A stretch of 64,000 bases of DNA. Origin: Octopus sinensis. Its lineage: Eukaryota. The number at the start of each line of letters is the position of its first letter. Within the stretch, counting starts at the first letter, position 1. A program made the position numbers and the translations under genes. The notes beneath the pieces are model-generated. The model had not been told where the DNA came from and ran no database searches. It saw only the letters and a list, made by a program, of their open reading frames with translations. The stretch is taken from positions 13,020,001 to 13,084,000 of the forward strand of contig NC_043015.1 in the NCBI RefSeq assembly GCF_006345805.1, given 5' to 3'. This document shows positions 35,600 through 49,350 of the stretch, in pieces.

Positions 35600-38391
35600 T
35601 GTACATATTTCACTGACATATAGACAAATTATATAAACATTGAGAAAACTGAAAAAAACTTGTGCTTTACAAAGTTCCTTGTGTTTTTTGATTTTCTCTG
35701 AGTAATGTTGTGAACCAGTGACTGTTAGAAATCTGAATCTGACTCTATTCACAGGTTATGATACAGATAAAAGAAAAATGAGAAAAATATTTGTTAGCTT
35801 GAGGCAAGGAGGCTTGTGTTTGTGCAGAATTTGAAATTGTTCTCTATATCCAAGAAGTTTAATAAATTAAACACTGTTTCACTGCAGGTATTTCTATTTA
35901 TTGAAAACATTTTCCATTGGTATAGGAAATAGTTAAAAAAAAAGAAAAAATCTGAATTTGTATTTTCTGTGAATAAAAAATAAATGTCGGATTTTTCTAA
36001 TGCATTCTTCTAACCAAAGGAGCAAACAAAAAATTGGATTCATGTAGGATTCTCTAACCATTAAACATTAGGGTCTCTTTTTAAAGCCAATTCGTTATTT
36101 ATGGCTGTTATTCCATTTGCAACTTGCAGTGTTTATTGCAAACATCTCATTGCTTCGTTTTCTTTCCATTTATTATTTTTTTTATTACTTACTGAACCTG
36201 TTTGTTCAATAGCCAGTTATCATATGGTATACTAATTTATTTTATTACTTAATGAAAGGATAACAATATCCTTTTATTTACTTGATAGAGGTTACATGTG
36301 ATTATTATAAAATATAATGAAATAATTTTTGCATTATGTAACTAGCACTTACTTTTCTATAAACAGAACATTTAATATTATTTACTCATCTAGATTATGA
36401 TATCCAAGTCATTTAGTGTAGCTATTACCTCCTATTACTGCCATTATACATTATCAGTACCATAATTTGTTTCATCACTCCTTTGGCAAGAATGGTGAAG
36501 TTTATGCTTGGCTGAGTTGGTCTAATAAGGTGGAAATTGTCTTCTCTGCTTGCTACAATTACTAAAATAATATTAGTCATTGATTAATATCATCTTTTAA
36601 TGGTTACTGCATTAAATAATATTAACAATATTTGTAAATAGTTTGTCAAGTAAAGGAATTAACTATAAAATAAAAATATATTTTTGTCTTTACTAAATCA
36701 TTCTTTGGATTTTATTCTGTATTTTCCTCCAGTGAACTTCAGTTATACCATTAACTTTTGAACGTGTACAATATTTAATGATATGTTCACTGGTACCCAA
36801 TTTAGTTGCAGCTTCCTAACTTCAGTAGCTGAAATTTATAACTACATGTCTCAACTGATTTTTATAAAAGCATTGAGCAAGTGATTTTTTTTTTTCGTTT
36901 TTAAAATGTAGACTGCATAAAGTGGTTGATGTAAGCAATAACTCCTGAGCTGTGAAATCTCTGTCCCAATGCCTTATTGTTAGACAGTGTTACCATGTAA
37001 TGAAAACTGATGTACTGTGAACTAATATTCTAAACATTTGGCTGACTGTTAAAGATTTGTGCAGTTTGTATAATGGATTTCTCAAGACATACACTCATAT
37101 AACAAAAGCCACTTAAAATACATAAAAAGAAACCATTAGTAGGAAAATTGTCTTCTATTGACATATCTCATTCATTTTTAAATCTTTTCTTCATAACAAA
37201 TTATCCTCTGTTATTTGTCATTGCAATTATCTTCCTAATTATTTTCTATGTAATCATAAATTCAATATCTTCTTGTTTCATAAGCTGAAATTGTTGTGTG
37301 TGCATAGTCATTGTTGTTGGATTTCCTGAAATGTTCTGATTATTTGATTTTACTTTCTTTTTAATGGTCATATAAAATTTTGTCTCTATCTTTTTCAATA
37401 CGAATGCTTTTCCTCCCTGCAGGACAGCAAATTGATTTAGCACCAGACACACAATTACTGTTCCTGTTGTCAATATCCCCATGAAAGCTTTCATCGATAT
37501 TGTGGTGGCAGTGTTGCTCTGCTTTTGTTGGAGCTTTTTTTGCCTTGTTTGATTATGTGGCAAATATTCTCTTTCTTGCCCTCTCACTCTCTTGTTTTTC
37601 TTTTTTTTAATTATGTACTGTTTGGAAATATTTGAACTGCATATTTATGTACAAGGCTAATTAACAAACACCTCACACACACAAAAAAAAGTAATTCGGT
37701 TAAAAATATTTTGTAGAAACATTGATAATCAGCTGGCTGACACTATTAGATGAAGTCTAGTGTTTATTTTTTTTATCTCTAGCAGAGGTGCAATCATAGA
37801 GATAAACAAATACTTTTACGTCAATTTTTCTATAGTTTTGTAGAGGATCAGTAATTGTGAATGTTACTCACTACCATTTAAATAAGGAATATAGGTATTA
37901 TCTAAAGTTGTCTGCATATCATGCAACGACAGATTCGAGTTGATTAAGGATTAAACAACGCAACAAAGTTGACATCATCATGACCAGTAGCTTTTGACAT
38001 TGTTGCATCTTTGTTGCAATTTCTGGAAATGAAAAGAGGAAATGAGAGCTTACAGTCATCATACCAATCATCATTAAAGTCATAAAGCCTACCATCTTGA
38101 ACCAATGAAGTAGCTTCTATATTGTTACTTAATTTTCTAGAGAGAACAATCAAATTTTAAGAGGACATGTGGGTTAATGTATTCCTAGATTACTTTGCCT
38201 GAACAAAAGAGTCGGTCAAGTGTGGTATCCCCCTGATCCTAGATCTGTTCAATCAGGGCTTATCTGGAACTAAATATTATTCCTTATAGATATGTGGGCA
38301 TCATGGAAAACCATTAGAGGTAGTAAAGCCTTGCATTTGCTGCACTTTCAGGGTTTTAGTTATGTTGTTTATGTTTAAGGAGTGTAACTGT

Positions 38392-41208
38392 TGTAACATG
38401 ATTATGTGCAATAAATAAGATAACCAGACAACAGTAACAACAATTTAACAAACTAACAAATATTGTTATGAACCAACAATCAATATTCCTTGTGAACTAA
38501 CCAACTGACACCTTCTGACTCCACTGCGAACTAACACAAACTTCACTCAACCCCGAATTCTGAACCTACTTGGATTGATACTATTTATACTTTACTCAGA
38601 CCAGTCTATCTCTTGCAAGAGGGCACCGTAACTCTCATCACATCTTGCATTTTGAGATTTCAACTACTGTGAGAAAATGGAAATTCTTTTATCTTCCTTT
38701 TTTCTCTTTCCAGCACATCTCCCCCCTTTTTTTGTTGGCTGTTGTATCTTAATTGTTGCCCAACTTTTAAGGTAGTATTGTTTGTTGCACACAGCACTTT
38801 TTCTTTTTGTTGTACTAAACACTCTTGTTTTTTTCTTTTTTTTTTTTTGAAAATTTAGTATCTTTTTGTTTAGGTATTACTTCCAGATATTCAGTCTGTT
38901 TTTGTTTTCTGAAGCTAGTTTTATGGAGTTCAGTATCTCTTGGTGCTGGCACTTCAAACTTATCATAGAAGACTTCCATTAGTATTACCCTTCATTCTTC
39001 TGTATGTCTCTTATGTTCCTAACATTGTCCTTTAATTAAATAAATCATGTTACCTAATCTTTTGATTACACACTTATCCTCTCAATCTTATTTACCATTT
39101 TTGTAATTTTTAAAATGAACATTATCCCCTACTCTGAAGTGTTTTGTAATATTTCTTGTATTTCCTTCAAATGTATTTTTTGTTTTTCCTTTATATGTAT
39201 TTTTTCCTGGCAATAATTTATAGAAGATCGATTTTATTTTACGCATGAGCATTAACTCTGCTGGTGACTTTCCTGAATTAGTATTTGGATTTGGCATCCT
39301 ATATACTCTCAAAAATTTTATTAGTGCCTCATAATTATCTAGCTCATTCCTAGCTTTTTTTAGAGGTCTTTTGAGCATGTCAACAAATCTTTCCACCTGC
39401 CCATTTGCCCTTGGATGGTAGGGCAGGGTAGTGATGTGCTTTATGGTATGTATTTTGCAGAAATTTCTTAATTCATATCTTGTGAGTTGTGTTCCATTAT
39501 CTTGAATACCATATCATGCAAATAACTCGAGTAAGAGCTTTATTTTTGTCTTTGCTGTGAGTTTATTACATTTGTGTACCTCTGGCCACTTTGTATACTA
39601 TCCACAATGAATAGATAGTATGTTCTGTTCACTGGTCCAGTGTAGTTGATATGTATCCTGGACCATGGGCCCTTAGTCTTTGTGCATAGACCTAGTTTGT
39701 CCGAGAGTACTTGCAGAAACATTTAAAATTTCCTCTTTAACTCTTCAGACAAATTATTTTTAGAGGAACAACCATTGAAGTTTTTACAACAGAGATTTAT
39801 GGGGAGGTCCCATAAATTGAATAATTCTAACCAGTCGGTACCAAACAGATCAGCTGCATTTTTAATAATGATGACTTTCATCTTGCATGTTTTCCCCCGA
39901 AATGTGAAATTACTCCACATTTCACCAATGAAATGTAATTTGTCGCCTGTCATGCTATGAGCAGATTTCACTGTTTTTCTCAACATAGGTATCCAAATGT
40001 ATTCTATTTATTGTTACGTGTATGAATTTTCTTATTTGGGAGTCGATTTTTGCTTCTGCTGAGAGCACTCTAGGATTTTTAACATTTGACCTTCGTAATT
40101 TTGTTCTGCAGTGTGAACTCATGTGACCAATTCTTTTTCAACTGTAATAGTTTTGATTTTTAAATGGACAATCTTTTCTGAAATGTATGCCTTCATATCC
40201 ATAATGTGGGTGCTCTTTTTTGATCAGCATATCTGTATTTATGAGGAATCCTTTTCTTGAATTTTTTTCCACATTGTGTTTCAAGTTTACCATCTTTTGG
40301 CATTCTTCTGCCATGGACTGTAAGGTTATATCTTGGTTCATTTGTTCCAATTTAGAAAGAATGCTTGCCCAAATTTCTGTATTTTTACTTGCTGTAAGGC
40401 CTTGTATGGAAATAAGATACTTGAACATCTAAGGTGTAAGTTCTTTGAGTTTAAAACTTTCACACATCCTGTTAACTGTTCTTGTGTTTGTGATAAAATC
40501 ATCATTCTCTTTTTTTGTTATATTCCAACACTCCATTTGAGTGTTAAATAGAGAAGGTTTATCACCGAATATGTTGGACAGAAATTTATTGTTTTTTTAA
40601 AACAAATTTCATTGGAGTTTTTGGGCAATATGAAATTATAGTAATGTTCATGGTCTAATGGAGCTAATTTTCACAATAACAATCTCATTTTTTGTTCATC
40701 CAACCATGATTTACAATCTTGCTTAAAAATCTCCTCATACCTTCTGTAGTATGATGTAAAAGTTATACCATTCTCTGGGTTATAACTGAATTCATTTATT
40801 GAGTCCGAAACGCCATCTAGCGTAAATGAACTTACATCATTTTTGGACTTCTTTGAATATAGCTCCAATAATTGTAGTTGTTGCTGTAATAGTTGCTTTT
40901 GCAACTCCTGTTGCTGCTCTTGTTGTTGCTTTTGCCACTGTACTATGGAAGCTAATAGGTCTTCTATTATTTAACAAGTTGTATCCTGAACAAATTGTTA
41001 AATAACCTATGTGAGCTTCAAAAGCCTCATCACCAGATGTAACATAATTGCTATGTACAATAAATAAAATAATCAGACAACAGTAACAACAATGTAATGA
41101 AATAACAATCTCTTTATAAACAAGCAATCAATATTCCTTGTGAACTAACCAACCGACACCTTCCAACTTCACTGCAAACTAACACAAACTTCACTCAACT
41201 CTGAACTC
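38392..41208 (-). mobile_element. Ty3/gypsy LTR retrotransposon, decayed and lacking RT/RNase H
   Basis: 3' LTR at 38392-38717 (TG...CA), preceded on the minus strand by the polypurine tract AAAAAAGGGGGGAGA. A partial 5' LTR at 41038-41208 is clearly similar to it, and the PBS TGGTGATGAGG is at 41025-41035. Broken ORFs give gag (SINEFSYNPENGITFTSYYRRYEEIF), protease region (DLFGTDWLELFNLW) and integrase (PWSRIHINYTGP...IVDS; GQVERFVDMLKR; YRMPNPNT..KSPAELM). Confidence 0.9.
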
Positions 41209-42600
41209 GTTTCTTTATTGCCCACAAGGGGCGCACATAGATGGGACAATACAAGACATGAGGGACATATAACAATAAAAAAAATTTAAATTATGATAAT
41301 ATGAATGAAAAATGAAAATGGAAATGGAACTACTCCCCCCACTTACGAGCTGCCCCATTTTCTACCTTTTAAAACCTGATCCTTCTAATATATCAAAGCC
41401 CGTTTCCTCCAATAGCCTGTCGTAAGTTGTGAAACTTGGAAGTAAATCCCAGTCGTAATCCAACTCCCAAGAACTATAACTGTCTTTAAATGTATTATTT
41501 CCTCCTGTTCTTTAGTTAGTAACACACACCTGTGAAACTTTGTAGCATTATCAAACCCAGCAGTTGCAATTTCTTTCATGTTGTCCCATGACCACACTTC
41601 ATTTAACAATTCATTATTATATCCAAATAATATGTAGGCTTTACACCTCTTTTTCTTTTTTTTTTTTGACTTGGAGTAGGGGTTTTGAACTTCTTTGTGT
41701 ATGTTTGACAATTTCTTTTGTTTTTGTGTTGGATGGGAATGGATAGGCTTGGTGTCTGCAGGGGGAGAGTGGGTCTGAGAGGGTGTGGGTTTGGGTTTTT
41801 CAGTTCAAATCACTTGTCTTCTTCCTCTTTCTTCCTGTGGCCTTTTCCCCTTTATCCTCTGATTCTGCTACTTCCTCCTCCTTTCTAGTTTCTTCCTTTC
41901 TGGGACTCTCTGGTTTCTCTTCTTTTTCCCCCTCCATATTGTTTGCTTGTTTCTCTTCTGCTTTTTTGATCTTTGTAGTGCAGTCTGCTCTAATGTGGCC
42001 CTTCAGGCCACATTTAAAGCAGTGTGGAACTCTGCCTTTGACCCTGACTGTCATTATTGTTTCATCCATTATTATTGACTCAGTGATTTTTTTTCCAAAG
42101 TCTCATTTAATCCTTGTACTATCAGGTTCAGTGTCTGTCCCAATTTACACTATCCTTTTTTGTGGCCTGGAAAACCACTATGCTGTCTTCATTTCCAAGG
42201 AGGACAGCGCCTGCCATCCAGGCCACATCAATTTCTGGTGGGATCTCTTTGACACTGATTCTTGTAGCTCTCATTCCTTGGTAAGTGGACAAAAGCACCA
42301 CTTCTTCACTCCTGATAGTTGTCACCACCTGTTTTCTTGCTGATACTGCATCTTGAAATCTCACCTCCACTACACCAAACATCGAGCCTCTTGCCAGGTA
42401 TATGACATCTTTCCAAATTGGCTTCAGTGCCTTTTCTACCTGTTCTGTAGTGACAATACCTATCTTACCTTTGCTTATCGAAAAAGTTTGATAGATTATT
42501 GTTTTCTCCTTTATCCTGTTTCGTATCTCTTGCAGGGGAGACAGCTTTGCTTTGAAACCATATTTTTAGGTTTTCCAAGTTTCTCGATATTTAATTTGGT
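41209..42600 (-). mobile_element. L1/Tx1-like ORF1 (zinc knuckle) non-LTR retroelement with no ORF2
   Basis: Frameshifted ORF pieces at 42128-42382, 41800-42069 (CFKCGLKGHIRADC = CX2CX4HX4C) and 41385-41711, followed by about 170 bp and GCAATAAAGAAAC at the 3' end abutting the gypsy LTR. Confidence 0.75.
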
Positions 42601-45535
42601 CTCCTGACTAGGTTGTAATTAGAAGATATTTTCAAGGTTTACTTTCAAATAATGTAAATCTCACATGAGATGTCAAAATTGTAAATGAACAACATGAATG
42701 AAAGGCTTGAGATGAGTGAAGAATGGTATTATTTGTGCAGAATTAACTAACTAATTAGTTAATCCTGCTCAATTAATACCAAGAAGATCAGTAATGTAGG
42801 TAAAGAAAAATATAAAAGGATGAATTCTGATGTACAATAGTTTATAGAGTTGAATATGGATTTTTTTGTTTTTGGCATATTGCATTGGAATATACTGAGA
42901 TGACTTGTAGGTGATGACTTAAGTTGGTGGTACTTGTGCTAAACACGGATGGAAGCATTTTTGATATCTAGGATAATGACACTGCTCTTGCTGAAACTCT
43001 TCATATCTAAACTATTGATATATGTTCGTTGCATATCTGCAGTACCAAAACAAGGAAATCTTGCATTTCATCAATACTGCAAAATATCAGTGCATCCAGT
43101 TAGACTTGCTTTTAAATTTCATTGGCCTTGTTAGATTTTCTATGGTTACTCCCTGTATACAAGGGAAAATATCAATAATTTGTGTGTTTGGCTAATTATG
43201 AGTTTCTTAATTATTCCCTCATTTCCTTAGATAGTTTATATAAATTTGTTGGATTCTATAGGTAAAATATTGATAACTTGTAACCTGTTGGAAATGCTGC
43301 AGTCTGTCATACATGAAAGATGTAGTCATGAGAATATTAAGGTCTATTATGCAAATCTTTTTTTGTTTAATAATCCTTTCTCCTAAAGGCACAAGGCCTG
43401 AAATTTTTTTGGGAGAGGATTAGTTGATTTCATGAACCCCAGTGTTCCACTGATACTTAATTAATTGAAAGGATGAAAGGTGAAGTCGACCTTGGTGGAA
43501 TTTGAACTCAGAATGTCAGCATTTTACCCAGCATACTAACGATTCGGCTAGCTCACTGCCTTTATCGTGGTTAATAATAATAATAATAAGAAGAAGAAGA
43601 GAATATCATTGAAAATGTTAAAGATTTAGAAATGTCATCAGTAAGTTATTTCAGTTACTATTTTTAACTTCTTTCCGTATAAAGTGAATACTTTTGAATT
43701 GCTTTCTTTTTCTAATCTTTTAAATATTGGAATGTTCCCTTGAATTATCTCTTATCTAGTTTGATATACATTTCTTTAAACAACTTGCACTGTAATTTCT
43801 ACTACTTCACTTTAAGAAACCACCATATTCTCCTTCATAGTGAACTTGAATCTTGCTTTTGGAGTATTATTGTCCAATCTCTCTGACTTTTAACCAAATA
43901 TAGTGTTTTGTGACTTAGTGAATTTAATTAAATATTTGATATTTGCCTCTTCATTGTTTTCATTTCTGTATTGTTCAAAAGGCCTAAAACCATATGATTA
44001 CACTAGAATACTAAAAAGAAAATATCAGTTGTAATACAGTTGTAAAAATTAAATTTCAGTAAAACTTGGTGTGTTATAGAAAGCTACAGTAATGCAGCTC
44101 AAACAGTTAATAACAATAACATCAGTGAAAATAATGAAATGTTACCTTAGAAATATTTAATTAGATATTTCGGGTAAACAAAACACCTTTTCAAAACTGC
44201 TAAAATATCAAGAAGAATAAGTCTGTTATCTTGACATACCAGTTCTGTGTAGAGGTAGTGGTCAAAAGACCATTTGTGAGAGATGTAAAATCTGGAGCTT
44301 GTAGATTGTGTCTTTAGACACTGATGCATATTCAAATACTTCAGTCATAGTGACTATAATAACTGCAGTATCTCATACAATTTAAGGTCGGTACTGATGG
44401 TTGAGCTTCTGAGACTATAGTTTATGGCCTTGTTCCTGCATTTGTCAAGGTATTTCTTGGATAATGTGGAGATGTTCTTTTATCTGGAGGTATAATGGCT
44501 AAATAATGGTGTATAATATTTGTTTCACTTTGTGCACTGGACTGTGTACACAGCATATGTAGCTCGCCATGCTGCAGACAACAAAACTATTATATTTTCT
44601 ATCAAATTTCTTACAGAAAAATGTTATATTATTTTAGACTTTTAAAATACTTGTGGAATTTTCATTTTATAAATTTTCTACTTATAACACTTAGAAATAT
44701 TTGTATATGTTCTTAATTTTGTTTCATTATGCTAAAACAATTTTATGATAGGAGTTACATAATGGGTTGAGGATATTTAAAATTAGAATATAGATAACAT
44801 GTAGTATTGCCTTTATAATTCTTTTATTTTGGCACAAGGCTAGCAATTTTGAGAGGAAGAGCAAGTTAATTTATATTGAGGGGCAAATTAATTACTTGGC
44901 TAGTACTTATTTTGTCACCCCACCCCTTCCCTGAAGGATGAAAACTAAAGTTGACCCTGGCAGAATTTGAACTCAGAATGTAATAAGGTGAAAGAAATAC
45001 TGCTAGGCATTTTGTTCAATGTGCTCATACTTCTGCCAGCTTGCTGCTTTATAATGAAACTTGGTCTTCTTTAGCTACATGATGATCAATCATTGTATTG
45101 TTTGACTTGAAGCTGCAATTAGTTTTTTCTTACAAACTGGAAATGGCACTCTTTGCATCGATTAAATATTGTTGAAAAAGCTTTCCTGATCTTTGAATAA
45201 CTTTGAAGCCTTTCTGCATGTAATGAAATTACAGAACTCTTGCATAGCCACATGAGTATGCGTTTCAGTATACTGCATATCATTGTGCCAGCCAATCTCA
45301 CATTGGGAAATAAAAGAGGGCAAGATTTTGAGTTAAAATATCTAGGTAAATATGAGTTCTTTGTTGGTGGGGCATTTCTTGGTCGAATTACAATGTCTCT
45401 ATTTTCTGAAGGGGTTCCACGTTCATCAATATATACAGTGGTGATTTCATTGTTTGTAAGAAAATTTTATTGCCTGATTTTAGAACCTCATCTTAAGTGC
45501 AGTATGGGGAATTGTATTTTTACTAACTGCACATA

Positions 45536-45955
45536 GGCACAGGAGTGGCTGTATGGTAAGTAGCTTCCTTACCAACCACATGGTTCTGGGTTCAGTCCCA
45601 CTGTGTGGCACCTTGGGCAAGTGTCTTCTACTATAGCCTCGGGCCGACCAAAGCCTTTTGGGTGGATTTGGTAGATGGAAACTGAAAGAAGCCTGTTGTA
45701 TATATGTATATGTATATATATATATATGTGTGTGTGTGTGTTTATGTGTCTGTGTTTTCTCCCCACCCAACATCGCTTGACAACTGATGCAGGTGTGTTT
45801 ACGTCCCCGTAACTTAGCGGTTCGGCAAAAGAGATCGATAGAATAAGTACTAGGCTTACAAAGAATAAGTCCTGGGGTTGATTTCCTCGACTAAAGGTGG
45901 TGCTCCAGCATGGCCACAGTCAAATGACTGAAACAAGTAGAAGAGTAAAAGAGTA
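45536..45955 (+). mobile_element. SINE family A, full-length copy
   Basis: Same head, internal microsatellite and tail. Older or partial copies lie at about 2462-2625, 5200-5330, 5880-6290, 9690-9925, 10250-10590, 14390-14590, 15790-15960, 18320-18580, 27630-27960, 34745-35110, 50870-50990, 52160-52400 and 61845-62060. Confidence 0.88.
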
Positions 45956-48905
45956 TATGTTTTAGTAGCTGTATGAATTGCATGCTTTTATATGGTTCAG
46001 TATGTGGGTTGTACAAATCATAATTTCTTGTATTGTATTCATTACATAAGACAAACATTCTGAATCTTAAGGTATTTCTATCTGCTATCTTAAAGCTTCA
46101 TTCACATCAATAATATAAAGTTAGGTTTTTACTGGGCATAGAATAGAATGGTAATTATTCTTTGAATTTAGAAACCAGATTCTTATCTTTCAGTTGAGTA
46201 ATATTTTGCAGGAAAAGTAAGTTGTAGTTTTAATTTCAGATATTTTTCCTAAGATTGTTGGGTAACTCAGTTGAATCAAAGAATAGCTTTACTCCCTCAA
46301 AATAAAACTGCAGAGGGGGAAGTTGTATTTCATCATTATGGCAATAATCTAATCTCATTTCTGAATTGTAAACCATGAAAAGGAGGATAGAATCTGTCAA
46401 TTTTATGATGTATGATTCAGTTGCAACTTGCTCATTCTAATGTGTATCATAGGTACACCAAATTTTTCCTAAGTCTTCTTGCATCAGAACAAAAGGTTAA
46501 TAAAAGATAAATAACTAGAATACTGTCTTACTTTCTGCTACCACATGAATGCAAAAGTGTTTACCTTGTCAAAAGTGAAGGTAAAAGTGTTTTCTTTTGC
46601 AAAAAAAAAGAAAAAAGGATTTTCCTTGAAAGTAAAATTATCAAATAAGTAAGTATATTACTAGAAAAGAGAAATTACTATGGAATAAAAATATTTAGTG
46701 ATAGTGGATAGTGGCATGCTGGTTAGACACTATATGGCATTCAGAGAAGCAAAAGCATTTTGAATCAGTGTGGACTTGTGCAAAAAGAAATGAGTTATTG
46801 GTACTCAATACACACAAACTTTTGAGTTGGTGGTATTGTACCTTTCCTAATGATGCATCTGAGCAGTTATTGAAAAATACTAGATCTATTATACAAAAGA
46901 TAAATGAATGTATAATTTCACTTTTTGCTCAGGAAACTTAACTGTTCTGTCCTGGAAAACAGTTTTTTTTTTCAAACGGAAATGTTTCCACTTACTGATT
47001 CCCTTCTAAGTATAATATACAAACACATACTATGACAAGAATAGTAATATTTATTGGTTATACCAATGTGATAGATGAACATGCAAAAATGTCTTCTGTA
47101 GATTTTGCTGAGATGCATTGTTAAGAAAATTTTTCATTTGAGAAAAGGAATTTATCAATGGATCATCAAGGCTGTGAATGACTTAAAATTATTGTATAAC
47201 CAACTAAAAACTGTTGAAGTAGATTAGCTCATTACACAGATTTAATTAAAAGTAGTAGCTCAACATATAAACAATAGCAAGAAATTAAAGTGCTTTCATC
47301 TTTATTATAAAAGGGAAAATATATGACAGTGACAGACTGCATTTTAATCTCATGTGTTCAGACTAACCACAACATTTAATCAAATAATATATCTGATTCC
47401 CATTTCTGTCTAGCATTTACGCACAAAGCTGACTATTGAGTTTTATCAGCTTTTTGGTTGGATTACTCAGAAATCAATAGAATGATTTTATTTATTGAAG
47501 GGCAATACAAACCTTTTTCATTATGTGAAGAAGCTTAAAATTACATTAAAATGTCCATCCATAAATATAACGACTGTTGAATTATCTCATGAATAGAATT
47601 TTTTTTTGCATAAAAGAAAGTACTTTTAATAACTTGTATTGATTAAGCTCTTTCTTAAAACTTAATGGGTTTCTTGACAGCATACAAAGCATTCTAATCT
47701 TTGGAAAATTTAAGTCCAGTTTATTTTGATGCAAGCAAATGGATCAGATGTTTTTAAGATCATCCTTAATCCTTAAACTCATTAAAATGAAAAGTATTGA
47801 TAGAATTGAGAATCTCATTTCTTTTTGATAGAATTGTGAATCTCAACTTGGTGCAAAGCTCCTTTGGGGGGTGTGGCTAATAAATGTATTTATCATTGAA
47901 GTATTTCTAAGCAGAGACTGAGGGATGAGGAAGAATTCTTTTGATAGCTTGTAAAATTAACAAATTTAGAATCCTTTAAAATTCATGCCAGGCCACAGAC
48001 TGTGATAAGCTTGGTAGTGAGGTAATTTATAAATTAATAATGAATTTTCAAGGATAGACTTTAACAGTTATATATCTTGCATGTTTAAAAGAGTGACCTG
48101 GTTGAGCTTCTTATAATCCATTTAATCCTACAGACCACCCAAACTATTTTGAAAATTGGTTGAATGGAAATGCTTCTTTGAGTCACACTACTTCATTAGC
48201 TATATTAATTATTAACTAGCAAGACCCGTGAATATTTCATGGTAAACCTATTGGGTTATTTCTGAAAACTTTATCCAAAAAACCTGAAAGTATAACCTTG
48301 TTGTGTCTGTATCAGAAGATAGTCACTCATCTGTTACTCACTGAAAAGTGAAAGAAATTGGAATACAATGATAACTTAATACACTTTATATACTTTATGC
48401 ACAATTTTATAGGCTTATAAAATAAATATTCACTTTTATTTTTCCATTTTTTCCCATAAAAAAAGTATCCTGTACATATGATACAACCTTTAGTTAAATT
48501 GCATTATATCTGCCATGTAAATAAGCATAAAAATTTCACAGAATTGCCCTTATGTGTATACGTTAAGTGATAGGATATAAAAAACTTAGTTCAATTAAAA
48601 AAAAAATACACTTTTCACAATCCAATCACCACACCATCACCACTCTCTCTCCCTCTCTATCTCTCTATCTTTCTCCCGCTTTCTGTTTCACTCTCCACCT
48701 TATCTTCCTCTCCTTTTTCTTTCTCGTCTCTTTCCCTTCAACTAATTACATGAAAGCATTACAATTACATGCCCTTTACTTCACATCATGGATGCTTCTC
48801 TCTCCCACTTCTCTCTCCCTCTTTTTCTCTAATCATGTGAAAGCATTACTGATGGGATAAGTAATAGAATGACAAGCAGTAATGTTATAAGATATGATTG
48901 ATTCA

Positions 48906-49350
48906 AGATGGCAAGCTGGCAGAGTTGCTAGAATACCAGAAAAAATACTGAGCAGCATTTTGTCTGTCTTTATGCTCTGAGTTCAAATTCCACTGAGGTC
49001 CACTTTGTGTTTCATCCTTTTGGGGTCAATCAAAGAAATACCAGTTGAACACTAGGGTTGATGTAATTTAGTTACCCCCTCCCCTCCTTGCTGGCCTTGT
49101 TCCTAAATTTGAAACCAATATGATTGATTGAAAGTGGTGGGCTGTCTGAATTGTTAAGGCATTCGTTAAAATGCTTAGCAGAGATTCTTTCAATTTTTTC
49201 CATTCTGAGTTAAAATTCCACCAAGGTCAACTTTGCCTTTCAAATATTTTGGGGGTTGATAAAATAAGTTGTGGTCAAGTACTGGCATCAATATATTTGA
49301 TATGCTCTCCCCCTTAAAGTTGCTTGCCTTGTGCCAAAATTAGAAAGAAT
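48906..49350 (+). mobile_element. SINE family B, two tandem copies
   Basis: Two head-to-tail copies of gctggcagag...ctgagttcaaattcc...gaggtc(c/a)actttg...ccttgtgccaaaatt(t)gaaa. Other copies lie at about 12440-12648 (+), 43375-43562 (-), 44826-45050 (-), 63185-63305 (+), plus fragments at 23925-24560 and 26765-26900. Confidence 0.8.

Noticed and set aside
37246-38153. ORFs of 113 aa and 69 aa on the minus strand
   Set aside because: No motif recognised in any frame. Possibly an old transposon relic, but it cannot be supported without a profile search.
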